The notes below the pieces were generated by a model. It was not told the origin of the DNA and made no database searches. It worked only from the letters and a program-made list of their open reading frames with translations. This document shows, one piece after another, positions 7,729 through 14,125 of a DNA stretch of 14,125 nt (positions are counted from its first letter, which is position 1; every line of letters starts with the position of its first letter). This stretch comes from Promethearchaeota archaeon (GTDB lineage: Archaea > Asgardarchaeota > Thorarchaeia > Thorarchaeales > Thorarchaeaceae), in contig JALVPN010000094.1 in assembly GCA_027031765.1 (NCBI GenBank), forward strand, positions 1 through 14,125, given 5' to 3'. Made by a program: the position numbers and the translations under genes.

Positions 7729-8808
7729 GTGTCCATCGAGAAGATGAGGCTGAGGAAGAAGATCGAGGAGCTCAAGGCACTGCAGGGAAGGCACAGCTCG
7801 TTCACAACGATCTACATCCCCCCAACAAAGAGCCTGACCGATGTCATCAACTTTGTCCGTCAGGAGCTGTCTGGTGCTGACAACATCAAGAGCAAGACGA
7901 ACCGCAAGAACGTGGCCGACAACCTCACTGCCATCCTCAGCGAGCTCACCAAGATGCGTGAGATCCCACCCACCGGCGTGGCATTCTTCTTCGGGATTCT
8001 TGAAGAAGGGGGTTCGAACCGTGAGATCCGCGAGATCATCGTCCCACCGTCACCCATCTCCCAGTTCGTATACATATGCGGCCGTGAGTTCGTCCTCGAC
8101 GAGCTCGAAGAGATGATAAAGCCGAAGAGCCTGGTCGTCGTCGTACTGATCGAGGGCGGGAAGGTCACTGTTGGGTACCTGCGTGGCAAGCACATGGAGC
8201 TCGTCCGCGACGAGGACTACTATATCATCGGGAAGACCCGCGCCGGCGGCCAGAGCGCAAGGCGGTACGAGCGGATCCGAGATGAACGCATGCACGAGTT
8301 CTTCAAACATGTGGGCAAGATGCTGAACGAGATGCTCCTCGACCAGCTCGACAGCATCGACGCCATAGTGCTGGGTGGTAACACGATCCGGGCACAGGAG
8401 TTCCTCGAGCAGGGCGGCCTTGACTACCGGCTCCGTGAGAAGGTCGCCGACAAGATAATCCCTGTGAGCGTGGTCGACGAGACCGGCCTGTACCAGGCAA
8501 TGAAGGAGGCCTCGCGGATACTCAAGGAGACCGAGATCTATGCCGAGCGCAAGGCCTGGGACGCCTTCATGGCCGACCTGATGAAGGGCAAACAGAACGT
8601 CGCATATGGCGCAGACGAGGTCACCGAGGCGCTCCGCGCAGGACGTGTCGATACCCTGATGGTCTCCGAAGATGTCTACGACAACTACAGCAACATCATT
8701 GAGGAGGCCAGCCAGTACGGCACCGACGTCCTGGTCTTCTCGAACCAGACCGAGTCCGGCGCCCAGCTGAAGTCCTTTGGAGGTATTGCAGCCCGCCTGC
8801 GGTGGTAG
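7729..8808 (+). CDS. prf1: Peptide chain release factor aRF1 (eRF1 family, 359 aa)
   Basis: NIKS (ADNIKSK), YxCxxxF (YICGREF), GGQS (KTRAGGQSARRY), C-terminal 'FGGIAARLRW'. Start re-called to GTG 7729, 7 nt after a perfect GGAGGTG. Confidence 0.95.
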   Translation: MSIEKMRLRKKIEELKALQGRHSSFTTIYIPPTKSLTDVINFVRQELSGADNIKSKTNRKNVADNLTAILSELTKMREIPPTGVAFFFGILEEGGSNREIREIIVPPSPISQFVYICGREFVLDELEEMIKPKSLVVVVLIEGGKVTVGYLRGKHMELVRDEDYYIIGKTRAGGQSARRYERIRDERMHEFFKHVGKMLNEMLLDQLDSIDAIVLGGNTIRAQEFLEQGGLDYRLREKVADKIIPVSVVDETGLYQAMKEASRILKETEIYAERKAWDAFMADLMKGKQNVAYGADEVTEALRAGRVDTLMVSEDVYDNYSNIIEEASQYGTDVLVFSNQTESGAQLKSFGGIAARLRW

Positions 8809-8833
8809 CACGCGCCTGCCCCACCACTCCCCC

Positions 8834-9244
8834 TCAACGTGGCGGCCGCGGCAGCCCCTCCAGCGTGTCGATGTCCTCGTCCCACGCGGTCAGCTCCTCA
8901 CTTATCGTCCTGATGTACTTGGCCAGCGCCTGTTGGAAGGGCTCCAACTGTCCTGCACGGAGCTCGCGGGCACGTCTCTTGTAGTCGGCGACACGGGCAG
9001 GTAGTCCCGTCCTCCATGTCTCCAGCCTCGCCGTGGCGTGCCTGTCGGTCAGGACACCCCTCGCCAGCCGGGAGGTCGAGGCCCTCTCAAGGAGCCCCTT
9101 TGCCACGCGCTGTACGGCGACTGTGAGGGCTACCAGTTCCCTCGCCCCCTTCTTGACCCTCTCCGACCGCGTCGTGTAGTACACTTCCTTCAGGTCCCTC
9201 TTGGCATCGTCGACCACCGCCATGAACTCCGCCAGCTCGCGCAT
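8834..9244 (-). CDS. Hypothetical small helical protein (136 aa)
   Basis: ATG 9244 preceded by AGGTGGT. Protein-like helical sequence 'MRELAEFMAVVDDAKRDLKEVYY...'. The supplied 5' extension overlaps the nuclease gene. Confidence 0.75.
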   Translation of the reverse strand: MRELAEFMAVVDDAKRDLKEVYYTTRSERVKKGARELVALTVAVQRVAKGLLERASTSRLARGVLTDRHATARLETWRTGLPARVADYKRRARELRAGQLEPFQQALAKYIRTISEELTAWDEDIDTLEGLPRPPR

Positions 9245-9326
9245 ACCACCTGCGTGTGCTACTACCCAAGATGACTCTTCTGGTCCCCCCGTATCAGCCC
9301 GCCACCGGTACCTCCGGCACCATCCA

Positions 9327-9977
9327 TCACAGTACCGAGTGCTTACAGTCGCCCCTGCTGAACGGACACTGCCCACAGGTCTCCCTGGACGGCACCGGTC
9401 TGAGCCTGCCCTGTCTATACTCACGGTCGAGGCGCTCAACTTCTGCTGCCACCCGCCCACGGTCGAATGGCACCTGGAACACGCGCCCCCTCCGACATGT
9501 CAGACATGACCGCCTCGTCGTACCCTCAGTGCACCTCGTTGCCACAGACTGGAGGCAGTAGACCACCACAAGGCGCGTGTCGTCCGCCCTGGCCCCAGAG
9601 TCCACAAGCGCCAGTGCGTACAGTCCCGCCTGGAACAGGTCCCTAGCCCGTGCCCGGCCCGGCAGCGTGGTCGTCGGGAACTTCCTCTCAATCACCGCAT
9701 CGACAACAGGCCCCTTGTCCCAGTGCAGCACGGCCTGGTCGAACCTGCCCACATACCTGTATGTCTCGGATACCACCCGCTGTTCAGCGAAGACGTACTT
9801 CTGTCCTGGTGTTACGTGGGCCATCCCGGCCATGAAGACTCCGAGTGCAGTCGGGGCCTTCACCCATGTCCGTGCGTCCCTCAGCAGTGTGTCCCGTTTC
9901 GACCGGTCCCGGAGGGCCAGCAGGAGCAGTACCACTATGAGGAGCAGCAGCACCAGCATGTCGGGCGCAGGAGTCAC
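9327..9977 (-). CDS. Cas4/Exo5-like PD-(D/E)XK nuclease, C-terminal half with N-terminal TM helix (216 aa)
   Basis: TM segment LVLLLLIVVLLLLAL; motif II GRFD; motif III IERK; QxxxY (FQAGLY); C-terminal CxxC-x6-C (CGQCPFSRGDC). GGGGTGA lies 6 nt before GTG 9977. Confidence 0.85.
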   Translation of the reverse strand: MTPAPDMLVLLLLIVVLLLLALRDRSKRDTLLRDARTWVKAPTALGVFMAGMAHVTPGQKYVFAEQRVVSETYRYVGRFDQAVLHWDKGPVVDAVIERKFPTTTLPGRARARDLFQAGLYALALVDSGARADDTRLVVVYCLQSVATRCTEGTTRRSCLTCRRGRVFQVPFDRGRVAAEVERLDREYRQGRLRPVPSRETCGQCPFSRGDCKHSVL

Positions 9978-9983
9978 CGGCCA

Positions 9984-10250
9984 TCACCCCAGTAGCAGTA
10001 GGGCCACGAGTACCACCACGCACAGGACAACTATCAGGACAGCCCTCATCCCCTGTACCGTGTTGTCCTCCGACACCCCGGCCCAGTCCTCCATCCGGGA
10101 GTGCAGTACCGCCCCTGTGCGGGCCTCCGGCGTCGTGATGTGACGCCGCTCCTCTCTGAGGTCTAGCATGTGGCCGCAGGTATACTGTGCGGAGAGGTCT
10201 GTCACTGTACGGTACTTGGACCTCCGCTTACTGTGCGCCCCTCTTGTCAT
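9984..10250 (-). CDS. Cas4/Exo5-like nuclease, N-terminal half with C-terminal TM helix (88 aa)
   Basis: 'TVTDLSAQYTC' resembles the Cas4/Exo5 first-Cys motif, 'TTPEARTGAVLH' resembles the G-x3-H helix motif, then TM VLIVVLCVVVLVALLLLG. Same frame as the downstream half. Confidence 0.75.
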   Translation of the reverse strand: MTRGAHSKRRSKYRTVTDLSAQYTCGHMLDLREERRHITTPEARTGAVLHSRMEDWAGVSEDNTVQGMRAVLIVVLCVVVLVALLLLG

Positions 10251-10346
10251 CAATCACACTGTCCCATACTCCTACTGGCCACCTCATAAACTCCTACTCC
10301 GACCGACGGTGTATGGCCCCAACAGCCCACTCTGCTCCTCCCGCGG

Positions 10347-10452
10347 CCATGCAGTCCCCCAAGATGTCAGACCACTGTCGTCCAGCTCTGCGCGCCCATG
10401 CAGTCCCCCAAGATGTCAGACCACTGTCGTCCAGCTCTGCGCGCCCATGCAG
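10347..10452. repeat. Perfect 49-bp tandem duplication plus 8-bp partial third copy
   Basis: CCATGCAGTCCCCCAAGATGTCAGACCACTGTCGTCCAGCTCTGCGCGC at 10347-10395 and 10396-10444, then CCATGCAG at 10445-10452. Confidence 0.97.
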
Positions 10453-10557
10453 AACGGTGCAGCGTGTCCTCAGGCGTTTGGGTCCCGGTCGCCGCGTTCC
10501 CATCTGTTGGCCCAGTCGGGGGCCCCGACACCCCGTTGCAGCCCAAGCAGAGCTTCA

Positions 10558-10565
10558 TTTATATT
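10558..10565 (+). promoter_or_regulatory. Putative TATA box of the AbrB/ACT-like gene
   Basis: TTTATATT about 57 nt upstream of ATG 10622. Confidence 0.55.
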
Positions 10566-10621
10566 CGAGTGTGCAGAACGCTCTCCTGAGAGTCTTGGAC
10601 GGCCGACAAGGGGAACTGAAC

Positions 10622-11047
10622 ATGGCGACCGATGACAACTACGAAGGGGCAACTGCTGGACGTGTGCTTGTGTTTGACGAGAGTGAGAGGATTACCTTCC
10701 CGAAGTCATTCCGCGAGGCATTCGGTACCGACAAGGGCCTGCTGGTGATGATTTTCAAGGACCGCCTGGCAAAGATATTCCCCCTCAAGAGTGAGAGCGT
10801 GAACTTTCTCAGCCTTGAGATAAGCAAGCTGACAAACGACTTCCTCACACGCCTCTCTGAGATATTCAAGAAGGCCGGACTCGTCGACCTCCTCTTCTCC
10901 ACGGGCGTGTGCCTCCGTGGTACCCGCTGCTACTACGAGTGCTACTTTGACCCCTCACAGCTTGTTATGGACACTGCCGAACTCAAGGAGGAGCTCGCAG
11001 GGCTCACGGGCGTGAAGACCGTAGTCATTGAGCCTGTGTCGGTGTGA
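10622..11047 (+). CDS. Putative AbrB/MazE-like plus ACT-like regulator (141 aa)
   Basis: N-terminal 'FDESERITFPKSFREAFG' resembles AbrB 'D..GRI.IP..IR..LG'. The C-terminal alternating beta/alpha pattern is ACT-like. RBS-like GGGGAACTGA upstream. The supplied ORF's 5' extension runs through the 49-bp repeat. Confidence 0.7.
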   Translation: MATDDNYEGATAGRVLVFDESERITFPKSFREAFGTDKGLLVMIFKDRLAKIFPLKSESVNFLSLEISKLTNDFLTRLSEIFKKAGLVDLLFSTGVCLRGTRCYYECYFDPSQLVMDTAELKEELAGLTGVKTVVIEPVSV

Positions 11048-11408
11048 CGTAGGGCACCACACGACCAGACTTGGCCACGGGTGTGGTCACCAGGGGCCCC
11101 GTACTGTCAGCCCGGGCTGACAGACCGACCTGTGGACGGATGAAACCCGTGGGTGTTGTTCGCCGTAGTCCTTGAACGGTCTGCCAGTGCCCGGTGTGTC
11201 CCCACTACCACTCTGCTGTGAGATGCAGTGACCGTCATAGGGAGTGCCCTGTCGGGAGTGGTGTTGGCACTGTTGTCGTCCCCCAGGTCTGACTGGTCTT
11301 TGGCCTTGAGGAAGGTATTTCTACTGCCAGCCATGTGGACGACGCGCCGTAATTGGGGTCAGACCCAGCTACCGGGTCCTGTCACCCATCGACTGGAGAT
11401 GAGCACTG

Positions 11409-12140
11409 TTGTGGGACCTGGTCCAGTTCATTACTGACCTGATACTGCAGGGCTATGTTGGACTCTTCGTAGCATGCTTCCTGATCAACATGGTGCCCTT
11501 TGCCAGTCCCAGCAACATGGTGCTGGCGGGTGTGGCATCCCTCCTCCTGCCGGGCCTCAACTGGGTGCTCATTGGGGTCGTCGTTGCAGTGGCCTCGACC
11601 CTTGCAAAGGTCATCCACTACTATGCTGTCCGGGGCTCCCGCATGGTCCTCTCAGAGGAGCGGCTCGCACTCATTGACCGCGAACGTGAGCGGGTCGAGC
11701 GATGGGGTGCCCTTGCCCTGTTCATTGCGGCTGCGTCACCTGTGCCTGACGACCCACTCATAGTCTATGTTGGCCTCACAGAGTACAGCGTCCCAAAGCT
11801 GGTCGTCAGCTACTTTGCTGGCAAGGTCGCAGTCACGCTTGCGGGTGCCTTCATCGGCTACACTGTGGGCAGCTACTTCGAGTCAATGCCAATCGTGGTC
11901 GCGTCCATCGCCCTGACGGTCATCATCACCGGCCTCATCTTCAAGCGGAAGACCGAGGGGGAGGAGTCCGACCTCCTGCAAGACCTCCTCGAACAGCTTG
12001 CGGCGGATGCCACGGCCCCGACAACCCGTCCCACCGGTAATGTCGCCGCTGGTGGCGATACCTGTGCCCACGACGACACTGACAGTGGGGACACCCGCCA
12101 GACCAGTGACATCACGGGCAGGAGCGACACTGGCAGCTGA
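11409..12140 (+). CDS. DedA / VTT-domain (SNARE-associated Golgi protein family) membrane protein (243 aa)
   Basis: 'INMVPFASPSNMVLAG', 'ERWGALALFIAAASPVPDDPLIVYVGL...SYFAGK', several TM segments, acidic low-complexity tail. TTG start with GGAGATGA upstream. Confidence 0.88.
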   Translation: MWDLVQFITDLILQGYVGLFVACFLINMVPFASPSNMVLAGVASLLLPGLNWVLIGVVVAVASTLAKVIHYYAVRGSRMVLSEERLALIDRERERVERWGALALFIAAASPVPDDPLIVYVGLTEYSVPKLVVSYFAGKVAVTLAGAFIGYTVGSYFESMPIVVASIALTVIITGLIFKRKTEGEESDLLQDLLEQLAADATAPTTRPTGNVAAGGDTCAHDDTDSGDTRQTSDITGRSDTGS

Positions 12141-12228
12141 CAGCACATGGCGTCCCCACCTGGGAGCTCCCATCTCACAACCCTTAAGTGGTAATAGACG
12201 CCGGTCGCATCAATATGCGGTGGTCCCA

Positions 12229-12627
12229 GTGCCGAGCACAACGAAAGTAGAGGTCAAGTGCGAGAAGTGCAAGCGCCCCTTCGAGGCCGATGTCATCGAC
12301 CACATTGACCTGCATGAAGACCCCGAGCTGATAAGGCCACTCCGTAACGGGAAGGCAAACCGGGTCCAGTGCCCGAAGTGCAGGAAGGTCATGTACCTGG
12401 ACAGGAGCATCGTGGTCAACTTCGAACCGATGAACCTTGTCGTCGTCTACGACCCCAACGCCAAGTCAAAGGAGGCACGTGAGGCCCTACAGAAGCACTA
12501 CGAGAACATCACGCGGTTCAACGAGACCCTCCTAGAGACCGGCCGCGACATGGAGTTCCGGGTCATCACAGACCTGAAGGAGCTCCGCAAGCTCCTTGAC
12601 CAGTATGTGCGCCAGTATGGCCTGTGA
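12229..12627 (+). CDS. CpXC-domain zinc-ribbon protein (132 aa)
   Basis: 'VKCEKCKRPF...DPELIRPLRNGKANRVQCPKCRK...IVVNFEPMNLVVVYDP' has two CxxC knuckles with CpXC-like spacing. GTG 12229 follows GGTGG; a TTAAG element lies at 12184-12188. Confidence 0.85.
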   Translation: MPSTTKVEVKCEKCKRPFEADVIDHIDLHEDPELIRPLRNGKANRVQCPKCRKVMYLDRSIVVNFEPMNLVVVYDPNAKSKEAREALQKHYENITRFNETLLETGRDMEFRVITDLKELRKLLDQYVRQYGL

Positions 12628-12904
12628 AGTCGGCCGGCCCGAAACTGTAGAGGTGTGTCGGCCCCTAGTCGTCCGGCGTGCCGTGGTGTGCTCCACAGCC
12701 CGGTAGGACGCACGGGTCACACTGCCGTACCGGGCCAGCAGCAACAGCCGACTAGTGCCCTCTCCAGCACGCCGGTGCAGTACATAGCAGTCGCACGGGG
12801 CACAGTCCAGACACTACTTGGGGGCCCGGGACCTAATACATTGTGATGGTGCTACATGACACCCGTGCACATGTTGGCCGGCCGCTCAGCAATATGTGTC
12901 CACA

Positions 12905-13972
12905 TCAGCGGGGGCGTTTCCCGAGCAGGAACTCCTCGACCCATCTCTCGGCCTTGTACATCGTCGTGGGCCTCGGTGGCATCTTGAACCCGTAGGCCGA
13001 GATTGCCTCCAGTGCCCCGCCAGTCCCACGTCTGAGGGCCAGCTTTGCCCCTCTGATTGCGTCGAGCAGTACCGGCCCGGCGTTCGGCCCGTCCGTGACC
13101 TCCATCCTTATGTCTATCTTTATCGGGGCGCCGCCGAACTGTCGCCCCATCACGTAGAAGTACGACTCCCGGCCGTTCTCCAGGAACGGGACGTAGTCAG
13201 AGGAACCGGCCACCAGTGGGGCCTCATATGGGAGGTCCTGGCTGATTGCGGAGGTCTTCACACCGCGCTTCCGCATCCGGCCCCTGTAGTGAGAGTCGAG
13301 GGACTCAGCCCCACCCCCCACATCGAGCTGGTAGCTCTTGTCTACACGCACACCCCGTGCCACCAGCAGCTGGAGGATGCTCCTGTGGAGTACGGTCGAG
13401 CCAAGCTGGTCCTGGATGTCATCGCCTATCAGGGGCAGTCCACGTCCAGCAAACCTGTCGCTCCAGTCCTTGTTGGACGCTATGCTCACCGGCGCGCCAT
13501 TGATGAACGCGCAGCCCGCCTCAAGTGCGGCCTCTGCATAGAACTCGGTGGCCTTCTCCGCAGAGCCCGGCACCAGGTTGACCAGGATTTCAGCACCAGA
13601 GTCACGTAGCACCTGAGAAACATCGGCCTCGGGGCCGTCGGCCACTTCCACCAGCGCCCTCAGGTTGTCGTCCACACCGTCCAGCAATGGCCCCCTCTGG
13701 ACAGTCACACCGCTCTTGGGGACCTCAGCAAAACGCATGACATTGTTCGGCGCAGCAAAGATCGCCTCGGCAAGGTCGAGGCCCACCTTGCTCTTCGTGA
13801 CATCGAATGCCGCCACGAACTCGATGTCGCCCACGTGATATCCACCAAAGTCGGGGTGGCTCAGCCCAATGATGTCGTCCGCCGTCCTGGCGTTGCGGTA
13901 GTACTCAACACCCTGGACAAGTGCACTGGCACAGTTGCCGACCCCTGCAATTGCCACCTTTATTCCGTCCAT
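12905..13972 (-). CDS. ino1: myo-Inositol-1-phosphate (inositol-3-phosphate) synthase (355 aa)
   Basis: Rossmann 'IKVAIAGVGNCASALVQG', 'IEFVAAFDV', 'GDDIQDQLGST', 'YQLDVGG', 'DGPNAGPVLLDAIR', 'SAYGFKMPP'. Start re-called to ATG 13972 because the supplied extension crosses the promoter. Confidence 0.95.
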   Translation of the reverse strand: MDGIKVAIAGVGNCASALVQGVEYYRNARTADDIIGLSHPDFGGYHVGDIEFVAAFDVTKSKVGLDLAEAIFAAPNNVMRFAEVPKSGVTVQRGPLLDGVDDNLRALVEVADGPEADVSQVLRDSGAEILVNLVPGSAEKATEFYAEAALEAGCAFINGAPVSIASNKDWSDRFAGRGLPLIGDDIQDQLGSTVLHRSILQLLVARGVRVDKSYQLDVGGGAESLDSHYRGRMRKRGVKTSAISQDLPYEAPLVAGSSDYVPFLENGRESYFYVMGRQFGGAPIKIDIRMEVTDGPNAGPVLLDAIRGAKLALRRGTGGALEAISAYGFKMPPRPTTMYKAERWVEEFLLGKRPR

Positions 13973-14029
13973 GTACGCCACCAGACCCGGTATTGTTCCT
14001 CTTGACTCCTGCACTATCCCGGCACCCCC

Positions 14030-14044
14030 CTTTAAAGTTTTATG
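14030..14044 (-). promoter_or_regulatory. BRE/TATA promoter of ino1
   Basis: Minus strand CATAAAAC-TTTAAAG about 60 nt upstream of ATG 13972; close match to the archaeal consensus. Confidence 0.65.
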
Positions 14045-14125
14045 ACCATAGAATAGCCCACTCCCAAGTCCTGCAGGTGGGGGTTTGAAGACGCGCTGTT
14101 CATTGGACATCTGTGTCCATGCAGC

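Noticed and set aside
950-8811. Many long antisense or alternate-frame ORFs (e.g. 2403-3041, 4232-5020, 6656-7462, 8050-8811)
   Set aside because: Shadow ORFs expected opposite real genes in high-GC DNA, with no recognisable motifs.
9984-9986. Genome-wide TGA reassignment (Trp or other)
   Set aside because: TGA ends the Rab, CpXC and ino1 genes at their expected C-termini, so it is a normal stop here.
10347-10452. CRISPR mini-array next to a Cas4-like gene
   Set aside because: The units are contiguous and identical with no unique spacers, and no cas1, cas2 or effector genes are in the window.
10187-10621. 286-aa version of the AbrB/ACT protein containing a repeat
   Set aside because: The upstream part translates the 49-bp duplication and promoter. 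TATA and RBS point to ATG 10622.
11048-11408. Possible small gene or RNA between the AbrB/ACT and DedA genes
   Set aside because: The short ORFs have no convincing RBS or motif, and no tRNA or other RNA signature was seen.
13973-14110. 46-aa N-terminal extension of Ino1
   Set aside because: It runs through a clear BRE/TATA, and family similarity starts at 'MDGIKVAIAG'.

Overview
GC-rich archaeal window, most likely from an Asgard archaeon such as Thorarchaeia (inferred from the unprenylated Rab-like GTPase, archaeal pheS/pheT, aRF1, GGAGGTG-type RBSs and TTTAAA/TTTATA promoters). Contents: a partial hypothetical gene, a CBS-pair protein, a Rab-like GTPase, the pheS-pheT operon, a two-TM putative glycoprotein, a ~400-aa all-helical protein, aRF1, a small helical protein, an AbrB/ACT-like regulator, a DedA/VTT membrane protein, a CpXC protein and myo-inositol-1-phosphate synthase. 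Most notable is a CRISPR-independent Cas4/Exo5-like Fe-S nuclease split into two same-frame ORFs (10250-9984 and 9977-9327). One TGA separates them, each half has a transmembrane helix at the junction, and the C-half has an extra 4-Cys motif. There is also a compound pentanucleotide microsatellite starting at the Rab stop codon and a perfect 49-bp tandem duplication upstream of the split nuclease. No rRNA, tRNA, CRISPR array or transposase was recognised. Several supplied ORFs are over-extended at the 5' end, so I re-called their starts from RBS position.
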